DNA from: a virus
DNA length: 64,000 nt
Direction: 5' to 3' (one strand)
IMG/VR virus record: IMGVR_UViG_3300034782_000062
Coordinates: 1-64,000 of that record
This document shows positions 1-9,093 of this stretch, in pieces. The notes beneath the pieces are model-generated. The model saw only the letters and a list, made by a program, of their open reading frames with translations. It was not told the DNA's origin and did no database searches. A program made the translations under genes and the position numbers. How positions within the stretch are numbered: the first letter of the stretch is position 1; each line of letters opens with the position of its first letter.

Positions 1-584
1 CTCGCGACAAAGTGCTGCGGATCAAAGTTGCAGCCGCTTCGAAAAACCTCTGGAAGATAGATAACGGCGCCATTGCCACAGATGTCACAAATGGCGTACC
101 TCGTCTTTTCGAGATCACGTTCAACGTGATGCCCCGGAACCCGATAGAGGTGCCCCTTGGACACCTTCATGAGTCTCGGAACGCTGTCCCAGTGACCAAA
201 GCCAGCAGCTCCAACCCTGAAATCACCAAGCTCCCGCTCCAACATCAGGCAAGCCCGCAGCCGATCCCAACCCATCGTCGGAATAACCGTGTCGTCGTCA
301 AGCTTAGACCAAAGATCCGTCTTACATCTTGAGGATGACTCGAAGCAGGGCAGTGAATTTCCAACGTTTTCCGATCGTATCAAGTACCGAAGCTCATAAG
401 AAAATTCCGACCGATCAGGAAGGTCGGGCAGGCGCCCACCGTTGCCTGCTCCCTGAACGACAACTTCGACTCGCAGATCCATGGTCGTCGACTCTTCGAG
501 CGATTGAAGAGCCCCAAGCAGGCACCTTATCGGCCTCAGGGGGTGATGCATAATCAGCGTGGTAATTGATCCCCATACACACAT
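1..584 (-). CDS. Glycosyltransferase family 2, 3'-truncated by the window edge (not in the ORF track)
   Basis: Hand translation gives an open minus-strand frame from ATG 584 (or 551) to position 1: ...ITTLIMHHPLRPIRCLLGAL...DLWSKLDDDTVIP..., a GT-A DxD-type motif. Confidence 0.7.
   Translation of the reverse strand, partial: MCVWGSITTLIMHHPLRPIRCLLGALQSLEESTTMDLRVEVVVQGAGNGGRLPDLPDRSEFSYELRYLIRSENVGNSLPCFESSSRCKTDLWSKLDDDTVIPTMGWDRLRACLMLERELGDFRVGAAGFGHWDSVPRLMKVSKGHLYRVPGHHVERDLEKTRYAICDICGNGAVIYLPEVFRSGCNFDPQHFVA
325..337. repeat. Palindromic motif CRTCYTSARGAYG (CATCTTGAGGATG)
   Basis: Perfect match, intragenic. Confidence 0.8.
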
Positions 585-1540
585 CGCGTTGCCCTCATAA
601 ACCAGTCAGCCCTCGGGTAGTAGGCACCGAAACAGTCAGTACAGGGGAACTGCAACTCGCTTTCGCCCTGAATCATCCCTCGGAGCCACTTCAGGTGCTC
701 CGACTCAGTCCACAGGCCAGGACCGTCATCGAGGTTTCCGTACTCGGCCCTTGGAGGCAGTATCCGGCAACATCCTGTGATGTTGCCAAGCCCATCGACT
801 CCCAACATATTAAAAGGACTCGAACATCCGATTTCACATGTATCTGGAGACCTCACCAGCGTGGGCCAAGTATGAACCGTCAGACCAATGCGAGGAGCCA
901 CCTTCCTAATATCCTCTTCCGCTCGCAAATACTCTGTATCATTCGTCGTCAGGACTCTCGAACGGAACCATTCCGCTTTCTCTTCGCCGTCATGATGGGG
1001 GAGCGTGTTGAAGAAGGCGATGAAGTCGGCCTCCAGGCGCTTGGCGAAATGCATGTACTGCTTCATGCGGCTCCAGTTGTGCTTACCGACGACAAAGGTC
1101 ATTCCAAGCTTGGCGCCTTGCTCCTTGTAGAACTTCGCCGCCTGGATGACACGAGGTAGCCCGTCGACCCCAGTAGTCTCCTGGTAAAGCTCACGGTCGA
1201 TCTCGTTGACCGAAAGCGACACCTGAAGCAATCGAGCCCACGGAACATCGTCTATGTGCTTTTTCCAGGCAAGACCATTGGTGCTCAGAACAACGTTTTT
1301 TCCTCGCTCGAAACAGTAGTTGACCGAATCCGAGAAGCAGGACGCCAACAGCGGTTCTCCGAAGCCTGCTACTGACACACCCGTAATCGAGGGGAACATG
1401 TCGAAGGCCCTTTTCAGGATAGCTGGCGTCACCTCAGGTATCGCCGTTTTCAGTTCCCCGCGCTGTCGACGACAAAATTCGCATTTTAGATTGCATCGCC
1501 CTGTGATGTAGGCGATGAGCTGTATCGGACCAAGATGCAC
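554..1540 (-). CDS. Radical SAM enzyme with C-terminal SPASM/twitch-like domain
   Basis: CNLKCEFC (CxxxCxxC), GFGEP, STNG; C-terminal CSSPF...GNITGCC...CTDC. Confidence 0.9.
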   Translation of the reverse strand: MHLGPIQLIAYITGRCNLKCEFCRRQRGELKTAIPEVTPAILKRAFDMFPSITGVSVAGFGEPLLASCFSDSVNYCFERGKNVVLSTNGLAWKKHIDDVPWARLLQVSLSVNEIDRELYQETTGVDGLPRVIQAAKFYKEQGAKLGMTFVVGKHNWSRMKQYMHFAKRLEADFIAFFNTLPHHDGEEKAEWFRSRVLTTNDTEYLRAEEDIRKVAPRIGLTVHTWPTLVRSPDTCEIGCSSPFNMLGVDGLGNITGCCRILPPRAEYGNLDDGPGLWTESEHLKWLRGMIQGESELQFPCTDCFGAYYPRADWFMRATRCVYGDQLPR

Positions 1541-1592
1541 GAGTGACTCTCCCTGGATTTCCCCATCTTACAGGACGATATTGACAGCCCGG

Positions 1593-2435
1593 TCAGAAAT
1601 CATCGTCAGGCACAAGAACGTCACCCCAGGACTCAGGGTTCCGCACCAGGCTCTGCGATGAGAAGACGATCTTTCGATTTCTCTCCGTCATCTCACTCTC
1701 CCGAGTAGGACTCGCAGGGTGCATGATGTGGATACCCTTGGGGCACCCGAGGTCGAGGAGATGTACCTGCCCGATGGCCCTCTCAGCCCGTGTGGCGAGG
1801 TCGTAGTCTTCGGCACCCCAGCCGTAGAGCCGCTCGTCAAAGCCGTGAGCCTTCTCGAAAAAGGAGCGCGGATAGAAGGCGTTCCCCATGCCGTCACGCC
1901 GACAGTCTAGCCTGTCCGCGAAGAAGCCCCACTCCTCTTCGTTCTGAGCCATCCTCGGGATATCCTCGTCGAACATCCCGATGCCCGGTTCTCCATCACT
2001 TCGAGCCACGGGGACTACTGCCATCTTTCCTTTGTTCAGCACCTGCGCTGCAAAGGAAAAGAGTTTCGGGTGGAAGTAAACATCGCAGTTGAGGCAGGCG
2101 ACGGCCTCTCTCGAACCATGTCGAACGCCGATATTGTAGGCCCTGGCGAGACTAAATGCCGGATCCGTCTCTGGCTTAAAGACGACTGTCGCGTGAAACT
2201 CGGCGCAGAGCGCTCCAAGATCACGAATGGCCCCGCGGCTCTCTCCCTCTTCCATAATGCACGCAACGATGACCTCGTAGTGGTCCTTTGGGTAGTCCTG
2301 AGCATCAATAGATCGAAGGCAGTGCCTCAGGTAGGGCAAGCGCTCAATAACATTGCTAATCGGCACGACAACATCAATCGAGGAGACGAATTTCTCCTCC
2401 TCGACCTCTTCCTCTTTTTTCTCTTCTTCAGACAT
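1593..2435 (-). CDS. Glycosyltransferase family 2 (GT-A fold)
   Basis: IDVVVP, AYNIG, NCDVYF, GFDERLYGWGAEDYDL. Start moved to ATG 2435, which overlaps the upstream stop. Confidence 0.85.
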   Translation of the reverse strand: MSEEEKKEEEVEEEKFVSSIDVVVPISNVIERLPYLRHCLRSIDAQDYPKDHYEVIVACIMEEGESRGAIRDLGALCAEFHATVVFKPETDPAFSLARAYNIGVRHGSREAVACLNCDVYFHPKLFSFAAQVLNKGKMAVVPVARSDGEPGIGMFDEDIPRMAQNEEEWGFFADRLDCRRDGMGNAFYPRSFFEKAHGFDERLYGWGAEDYDLATRAERAIGQVHLLDLGCPKGIHIMHPASPTRESEMTERNRKIVFSSQSLVRNPESWGDVLVPDDDF

Positions 2436-3447
2436 CCTTGCTCTCCCACTCGAACAGCTTGCTCTGGATCTCCGACCAGGGATTGAAGCTGCCTGAGCCC
2501 ACTTTGACGCCTCCCTCAGCAACCATCCTCATCTTGGTGACGACATGCTCGTCAGGACCCATCACCCGGTAGCTCTTGAGCTGAAGAGGACGATCCTCGC
2601 GCTTGCAGACGCCGCAAGCCGGGCTGCAGCTCCCCACCCTCAACCTGGACCTCTCCTCATCAGTGAGCTTGCGGTTGCCCTGCCAATCACGATCCTCGAT
2701 ACGAGGCCCTGAAATCCGCTGATAAAAGACCCGGTTGCATCTCAGGTACTCCGGATCCGTTTCGATGGACCACGGAGGGAATCTCGGCTCTGGGAACTTG
2801 CCGTTCCGATGCTTTGTTTGGGGGAAGATGACCCCGCGCCGCCTCTGACGATGAGGAAGGTGAAAAACCTCAAGATAGATATCGAGGCGGTTCTGCCAGT
2901 CCGTGTCTTCCTCTCCATAAGCCCCGTCGTAGTTCTCGTCGAAGCCTCCCAGCTCCTCGAACACGCAACGCTTCGCCATGTAAATGCCCGGGTTATGTCC
3001 GCTAAACGGGGTCAGAGCATCGCCGTACTTCTCCAAGGGGTAGTCATCCTCTCTGATGACAGGACACAAGACGAGCCCCTGTTCGTAGAAGGTCCAATGA
3101 ATTTCATCAACCACCAAGGGGTCGATGAGAAGAAAGTCGTCAAGGAACATCAGTAGGTCACCCTGAGACACAATCGCTCCAGAGTTGCGCTGAGCGTTGA
3201 CAGCTCGGTAGCCTATCTCGACCATCCTCGATGGCTTACAAGGGACGTACTTAACTCGGTCTATCACCGAACCAAGCGCTTCCTCGACACGACCAAAACG
3301 AGTTGGCCATGCTCGATCGACAATTACCAGCTCCCAGTTGCACTGAGCTTTGGCGATGGGCGCGAGGTGATCGAACTCGTCACCGAGGCTCAGGTCGCCC
3401 ATGTTCCCTTGCTTGATGAAGCCCAGGGATACGATAATAGAAATCAT
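2428..3447 (-). CDS. Glycosyltransferase family 2
   Basis: MISIIV, ELVIVD, RNSGA, FLDDF, GGFDENYDGAYGEEDTDW. Confidence 0.85.
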   Translation of the reverse strand: MISIIVSLGFIKQGNMGDLSLGDEFDHLAPIAKAQCNWELVIVDRAWPTRFGRVEEALGSVIDRVKYVPCKPSRMVEIGYRAVNAQRNSGAIVSQGDLLMFLDDFLLIDPLVVDEIHWTFYEQGLVLCPVIREDDYPLEKYGDALTPFSGHNPGIYMAKRCVFEELGGFDENYDGAYGEEDTDWQNRLDIYLEVFHLPHRQRRRGVIFPQTKHRNGKFPEPRFPPWSIETDPEYLRCNRVFYQRISGPRIEDRDWQGNRKLTDEERSRLRVGSCSPACGVCKREDRPLQLKSYRVMGPDEHVVTKMRMVAEGGVKVGSGSFNPWSEIQSKLFEWESKDV

Positions 3448-4115
3448 CAGGGCCTCGTGAATTGAGCCATCATCTGAAATCCACTCGGGTTATCGGGATG
3501 GCCCCACTCACCAACATACCCGAACTTGGCGCCGGCCTTTTCGGCGATTTCACTCATCACCGAGATGGGATACTTGGTCAGCCAGCGTTCTCCCTTGCGC
3601 CACCCCTGATCCCCGTCGAGAGGGCTGCTAACGTCGATTTCAGGCCCCGGATGAAACGTAGAAAAGAACACACCATCTGGGTAGAGCCTCTCGACTACGT
3701 TTCTTATGCACCTCTCTATCTGATCCGGTACAAGATGTGTAAAAACTGAGTGCGAGATGGCGATGTCGATCGACACCCATGGAGGCAGCATTGAGAGATC
3801 GAAGTCGTCGTTGACCATGACCATGAAGTTGGCCTTCCAATCGTCAAAGACGAGTAGCTCACTTTCAAAACCGGCAGCGACGAACTTGTACTCTTTCTCT
3901 AAACCGAAGTAATTGCCCTCATTCAGATAGCCCATCAGATAGCGTCCTGCTCGAAACGGACCACTCCCCACCTCCAGCACTCTATGCTCAGGAACAAGAC
4001 CCTGCTCCTTGAGAAATCGAAGCTGAAGGGCTCCGAGTTCGTTCCAGAAAAGCGGGTCTCTTGCCTTTGGACCTCCGACCGCCTCTCGATACCAGTAATG
4101 ATCCGCAACGCTCAT
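3447..4115 (-). CDS. Class I SAM-dependent methyltransferase
   Basis: RVLEVGSGPFRAG motif I; DIAISHSVFTHL; LYPDGVFFSTF. Confidence 0.85.
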   Translation of the reverse strand: MSVADHYWYREAVGGPKARDPLFWNELGALQLRFLKEQGLVPEHRVLEVGSGPFRAGRYLMGYLNEGNYFGLEKEYKFVAAGFESELLVFDDWKANFMVMVNDDFDLSMLPPWVSIDIAISHSVFTHLVPDQIERCIRNVVERLYPDGVFFSTFHPGPEIDVSSPLDGDQGWRKGERWLTKYPISVMSEIAEKAGAKFGYVGEWGHPDNPSGFQMMAQFTRP

Positions 4116-5122
4116 CCGACCAGTGCCTCCACGATCTCGTCCCGGCGCTCCTGCTCCCGAGTGATATCGAAGTTGAGGCGCAAGTCCTTGTAGACCGCCT
4201 CCAGTTCATCCAGCTCGCCGAGCTTGGTGCAGTCACCGTCATGCGGCCAGCACTTGTCTCCCTCGCGATACCGAATGCAGTCCTCCCAATACATCCTCCG
4301 GACGGCCTCGTCGAGCTGGTCGCCCATGAGCTTGTTGGCCTCGGTGCGGCCGAGACTCCACACGTACTGCGCGTAGGCGCCGTTGCACTTGATGGGCTGC
4401 GTGTTGACAACGTCGCCGTAGGCCCCACACTCGTACTCGATGATACGAGCCGTGTTCTCGTAGGCCATCATCTGCGAGGCTGCTGCGAGTCGCACGATCA
4501 TATCGGCGTCTTCGAGCTGTCGGCTCCCGTCGAACATTTCGTCCCAGCCGTTGACCTTTCGGAGTGTCTCCATCGGCACCATGGACATCGTACCGCCAAG
4601 AAAGCCTATATCTCTCGCTGGCTTGAGCTTACCTTCACCTTCTTGAATGCCAAGATGCACTCCCCGCTGATCGACGCCAGTGACCCGATCATCTTCCCCG
4701 TCAACACCGAGCACTCGCTTCTCGTAGGCCATGGTGCACCCGGCGCCCTGTTCAGCCCAACCAGCAATGAGTGAAAGAGCGTTCTCTGGGATTACCTGGC
4801 AGTCATCGGTAAAGACGACGTGGGTGCCCGTGGCCATGATGAGCCCAGTGTTCTTCGGTGTTGCGATGCGAAGCAGCCCACGGTCTTTAAAGGGGCTCGA
4901 CTTGTCCGGAGTATGGAGCACAGGGATGGTTTGCCCCATTCGACTGTTGAGAGTGAGCGGCACCTGGCCCTTACGGTCCTTCCAGAGCAGGTCGACGATG
5001 ATCAATTCGACCTCTCCCGAGTAGTCTTGGTTGACGATGGCATTTGTCATCATCCTGAGGACGGAGTCTGGAAGCTGATCATTGTCCTCACGGCAAGTGT
5101 GCATCACTACAGACAGTTTCAT
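4112..5122 (-). CDS. Glycosyltransferase family 2-like (paralog of 5119-6147)
   Basis: KLSVVMHT, ELIIVD, KNTGL, VFTDD, GWDEMFDGSRQLEDAD. Confidence 0.8.
   Translation of the reverse strand: MKLSVVMHTCREDNDQLPDSVLRMMTNAIVNQDYSGEVELIIVDLLWKDRKGQVPLTLNSRMGQTIPVLHTPDKSSPFKDRGLLRIATPKNTGLIMATGTHVVFTDDCQVIPENALSLIAGWAEQGAGCTMAYEKRVLGVDGEDDRVTGVDQRGVHLGIQEGEGKLKPARDIGFLGGTMSMVPMETLRKVNGWDEMFDGSRQLEDADMIVRLAAASQMMAYENTARIIEYECGAYGDVVNTQPIKCNGAYAQYVWSLGRTEANKLMGDQLDEAVRRMYWEDCIRYREGDKCWPHDGDCTKLGELDELEAVYKDLRLNFDITREQERRDEIVEALVG
5051..5063. repeat. Palindromic motif (CATCCTGAGGACG)
   Basis: Perfect match, intragenic. Confidence 0.8.
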
Positions 5123-6147
5123 GGTTTCTCTCCCAGCAGCAGCGGGTCCTCATCGACTGTCTCCCAGGACCGCTCCGCCCTCAGCTCGGCAAGATCAAAC
5201 ACAAGCCGCTCATCCTGGTAAATGTTCATCAGCGAACGACGTTTCCATTCGCCTTGGCACTCGTCCTTGCTAACGGTGCACTCCCCTTTTCCACCGAGCT
5301 TCCAGCAATTACCGAACAGGAAAGAGTGTAGTTGCTCGTCCGTCAGCAGCTTATCATTCGCCCTGATTCGATCCTTGCGCTCATCCCAGAGAGGGTAAAT
5401 GTACGCGCCGTTGCACTTTGTATTGATGCTATGGCGGTAGACCTGAGCATCACAACTGTGCATCGCGAACTCGATGACCTTCGGATGACCTTCGAGCGCC
5501 ATTTTGAGGCCAGTAGCACCCAGGCGCTTGGCCATGTCACTATCTTCGAGCTGTCGACTCCCGTCGAACATCTCGTCCCAGCCGTTGCACTGAACCATGG
5601 TTTCGATTGGCACCATTGAAAGAGTGCCCCCGAGGTAGCCAATGTGCTGAGCATCCACGAGCTTTGTCCTCAGCGTCCCCTCTATCTTATATGCCATCCA
5701 CCTGGAGTCGATCTCTACAGCGCCTCTCCCATTGTCTCTATGCAGCCGACATGTAGCACCTACCCCGGACTTGGCCCAGGTGTAGAGACGACTGAATGCG
5801 TCCTCGGACCAGTCCTGACCGTCGTCGCTAAAGACGACAAATTCCCCCCTCGCGTAGAGGAGCCCAGTGTTTTTTGCAGAGCAGATTCGAGTCAGCATCA
5901 AGTCACGGAAAACGCTGTCTTTGTCGATGATGTGCAGAATTGGAAAGTCGACCTTCTCACGCCATTGATCCATGTAATCGTGGCGATAGTCGCGCATCAG
6001 GTCAACGACGATCAGCTCGAAATCCTTGAAAGTCTGCTTCTGGCAGCTCTCAATGATCTTTCCGAGCACATGCCAGTCGTGATGCCTGAAAGGATAATCC
6101 GGCCGACATGTCGCAACGACTACAGAGAAGAACGGCGTCTCACTCAT
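5119..6147 (-). CDS. Glycosyltransferase family 2-like (paralog of 4112-5122)
   Basis: FSVVVAT, ELIVVD, KNTGL, VFSDD, GWDEMFDGSRQLEDSD. Confidence 0.8.
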   Translation of the reverse strand: MSETPFFSVVVATCRPDYPFRHHDWHVLGKIIESCQKQTFKDFELIVVDLMRDYRHDYMDQWREKVDFPILHIIDKDSVFRDLMLTRICSAKNTGLLYARGEFVVFSDDGQDWSEDAFSRLYTWAKSGVGATCRLHRDNGRGAVEIDSRWMAYKIEGTLRTKLVDAQHIGYLGGTLSMVPIETMVQCNGWDEMFDGSRQLEDSDMAKRLGATGLKMALEGHPKVIEFAMHSCDAQVYRHSINTKCNGAYIYPLWDERKDRIRANDKLLTDEQLHSFLFGNCWKLGGKGECTVSKDECQGEWKRRSLMNIYQDERLVFDLAELRAERSWETVDEDPLLLGEKP

Positions 6148-7937
6148 TTTGCTCCGCGCCTTTTCAGGATAACCAGGTTATTGTGTCCCCACGACGGAAA
6201 CTGGAACCCTGGGTGATTGAACCACTTCTGGAAGATCTCATCGTCGACCTCCCAGTCCTCATCCTCTAGACGACCTTTCCACCAGGGGCGATGCCTGATC
6301 GTGACGTGACCGCTCACCGCTAGCCATTCGAGGTCGTCCGGAATGGGAGCGCCCTTCTTGATGCTGTGGGTGCCCTCGTTGTCTGGAGAGGTGCAGATGT
6401 TCATGACGATGTAGCGCCCAGCGGCGTTCTTCATCGCCTGGATGGCGTCCTCGACGTCCTCCTCGAAGATGTGTTCCATGACGTCGAAAGCCGTCAAGAC
6501 ATCGTATCGCCGGTGTTCGAGGTCGGTGAGCTGACCGACCTTGATATGTTTCTGCACCTCTGGCGTGGCCGCTTCCTTCCAGGCGGCTCTTGAGGAGTCG
6601 ATCCCCTCGGCCTTTACTCCGGAATCGATCATCCTCTTGATGAACCATCCGCGGGCACAGCCAACATCAATCAAAGTCTGAGGACGCATCGTCTGGACGA
6701 CGAGGTCTCTGATGACATTCCAGCCCTCCCAGTCGCCACGGGTGGGGTGGTATACCCGGAAACCCTCTGGAGATTTGTAGACGCGGGCGCCGTAGAAGTA
6801 GGACTCATCGTAGTCGTCAACCCTGAATTCACCCTTCTTCATCCCTCGTTCGAGCCCGAGTCCGTGACCAGCCTCCATGGCGTTCCAGATGGGGCAGAGT
6901 GACTCCAACATGAGCCCCTTTAGGTGCCCGCTGTAGATATTCAGACTTTCCTTGTCGCGATGACGAGTCCTGATGGCGTCATGGGCCATGGCCCCGATCT
7001 CTGCGGGCGGCAAACCCCAGTCGGCAACCCGGTGTCCCTGGCCAGCGTGGTGCATGAAGCCGTTGATCTTGTCGTAGCCGCTGAGCCATGGATAAGTCAC
7101 TGCAAAGCATGGAACACGATTGCCCACCGAGAAGACAAGCGGGTGAAGCCGACCTACGCTGACCACGTGCTCTGCGTGAGCGATAATGTAGGCGAGCTTG
7201 CCTGGGTCCGTCCAGGCGTCCTCGATAATCTTCATGTCGCTACGCGCAGGACCCGACTTCAAGAACTGCTGGTCTGCTGCGCAGAAAGGAAGGACAAAAA
7301 CGTCCTTGACTTCACGTTTCATAGCTGAAAGCAGAGTGTCAGCAATCTTGATCTGCTTCGAGGCATCCCCGTCACGCACCTCACGCACCGCCAGCACCGC
7401 ATAGGGTTTTCGCAGCTCATGTCCTTGGGTGTTCAGTGGGTAGTCGATCGCGAGGTCTGCACCCATGTGTACGCCCTGAATCCCCATGGAGCCAACAACA
7501 TCGAAGCTGGCCCTATCTCGCACGGAAATGTAGTCGAAGATGTTGAGTGACGAACGAACCAAGTCGACGGACTTCGAACCGCCCTTAACAAAGTCGTCCT
7601 TGGCCGACGTTCCAAGCCGAGCGATGAGATTGGCCCGGTTCGACTCCATGGCTTTAACGACCTGGGTCATCCCGTAGATGGCCGAGAGGTCACCGCCGCC
7701 GACGATGACGATGTCAGGCTCCTGAATGGTCTCCATGTCGTAGACGGAAATGATGTTTCGATCGTTGTAGAATGGGTTCTTCTCGTTAACCTTGGCTGCT
7801 GATTCAGGCGACATCTCGGTCGAGAAGAGCAGCTCCACATTGTGAAACGGTCTTCTCAGGTATCGGTCTATAGAACGAGCGATCGCCTCATCACCAGCGT
7901 TGCCATGTCCATAAAAACCCACACAGACGATTTTCAT
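6144..7937 (-). CDS. Polysaccharide pyruvyl transferase-like domain fused to a class I methyltransferase
   Basis: N-terminal GFYGHGNAGDEAI, IVGGGDL, ISVRD, RLHPLV; C-terminal IDVGCARG, YDVLTAFDVMEHI. Start ATG 7937. Confidence 0.85.
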   Translation of the reverse strand: MKIVCVGFYGHGNAGDEAIARSIDRYLRRPFHNVELLFSTEMSPESAAKVNEKNPFYNDRNIISVYDMETIQEPDIVIVGGGDLSAIYGMTQVVKAMESNRANLIARLGTSAKDDFVKGGSKSVDLVRSSLNIFDYISVRDRASFDVVGSMGIQGVHMGADLAIDYPLNTQGHELRKPYAVLAVREVRDGDASKQIKIADTLLSAMKREVKDVFVLPFCAADQQFLKSGPARSDMKIIEDAWTDPGKLAYIIAHAEHVVSVGRLHPLVFSVGNRVPCFAVTYPWLSGYDKINGFMHHAGQGHRVADWGLPPAEIGAMAHDAIRTRHRDKESLNIYSGHLKGLMLESLCPIWNAMEAGHGLGLERGMKKGEFRVDDYDESYFYGARVYKSPEGFRVYHPTRGDWEGWNVIRDLVVQTMRPQTLIDVGCARGWFIKRMIDSGVKAEGIDSSRAAWKEAATPEVQKHIKVGQLTDLEHRRYDVLTAFDVMEHIFEEDVEDAIQAMKNAAGRYIVMNICTSPDNEGTHSIKKGAPIPDDLEWLAVSGHVTIRHRPWWKGRLEDEDWEVDDEIFQKWFNHPGFQFPSWGHNNLVILKRRGAK

Positions 7938-7938
7938 C

Positions 7939-9093
7939 CTACTTCCCCGTCTTCTTTCCTGTGAGCTGCTCGTACAGCTCAATATGCTTCAGTGCAACGT
8001 TCGTCCATGACGTCTCCTCGGCAAATTCCCGACTCCTGCGAGAGAGCTGCCTCCTGACATTCGGGTCACGAACCATCGTGAGGATGTGCGACCTGAGCTG
8101 AGGCATGGACGTGTATTTGAGCGACCTCTTCTCATTGAGATCAGAGAGGAGGCGAGCGTTTGAAGAGATGGAAGGCATGCCAAATGCCATCTCTTGGTGA
8201 GAACGACCAGAGACCGAGAAGAAGGTCTCATGCGATCCTGTAATGACGAAGTCAGAGGCCCCGTACCAAACAGGCAGCTTCTCCCTTGAAACGAAGCTCG
8301 GGACGATCCGAATATAGTTCCAGGCCCTTGCATCGTAGAGGATATTGTGAAGGGCTCGACAGTATTCAATGTTACCCTGATCGTTCTGACCCGGCTCACC
8401 AGCGATGATGTACAAGAATCTCCTCGGATCGAGAAGGCCTTCCTGTACGAGCCAGACAATCGCCTGAACCGCCTCGTGCTGCATCTTTCCGGGGGTAATA
8501 AACCCCAGAGAAATTGCAATGACCAGGTTTGGGTCCTCGGGAAGGAAAAGCTCCCTTCGAGCCTCCATGCGATTCCCAGCCGAGCACTCTTCTGGCGTCC
8601 CATGAGGAATGACGCGGACCTTGTTCGCAGGATGCCTCCACCCCTTGATGAGAGCTGCCCGTGTGCTCTCGTTATGCGCGACAATGGCGTGAGCATCGTT
8701 GAGCACATCCCTGAAGAACCAATGCTTTTCATGAGGCGCTGGCATCACCGTGTGACAGGTAAACACCACAGGGATGCGGAGCGCCTTGATCTTCCCCAGG
8801 AGGTTGATGAGTTGCTTGGCGTGATCGAAAAGCCCGAACTCGTGCTGAAAGTGCACGACCTGGGGTCTCGTGCTCTTTAAAAATTGAAAGATTCCATCGA
8901 GGGATCCGATTCGTCCATCCCAGCAGCGGTCGAAGGCTATTCTCGACTCGACGCTTATCTCCTTGATCCCAATGAGATTCTCGGCTGCGCACTCGCAGTC
9001 TGGCCCATGATCCATGATGGCCTTTACGAGCTGATCAGTGTAGGTCGCGATCCCGCACTGAACTCCCCACCTCGACACAAAAGCGACCTTCAA
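7939..9093 (-). CDS. Glycosyltransferase family 4 (GT-B)
   Basis: CGIATY, HFQHEFGLF, TCHTV, VIPHG, LGFITPGK. Likely TTG start at 9093 overlapping the upstream TGA. Confidence 0.85.
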   Translation of the reverse strand: MKVAFVSRWGVQCGIATYTDQLVKAIMDHGPDCECAAENLIGIKEISVESRIAFDRCWDGRIGSLDGIFQFLKSTRPQVVHFQHEFGLFDHAKQLINLLGKIKALRIPVVFTCHTVMPAPHEKHWFFRDVLNDAHAIVAHNESTRAALIKGWRHPANKVRVIPHGTPEECSAGNRMEARRELFLPEDPNLVIAISLGFITPGKMQHEAVQAIVWLVQEGLLDPRRFLYIIAGEPGQNDQGNIEYCRALHNILYDARAWNYIRIVPSFVSREKLPVWYGASDFVITGSHETFFSVSGRSHQEMAFGMPSISSNARLLSDLNEKRSLKYTSMPQLRSHILTMVRDPNVRRQLSRRSREFAEETSWTNVALKHIELYEQLTGKKTGK

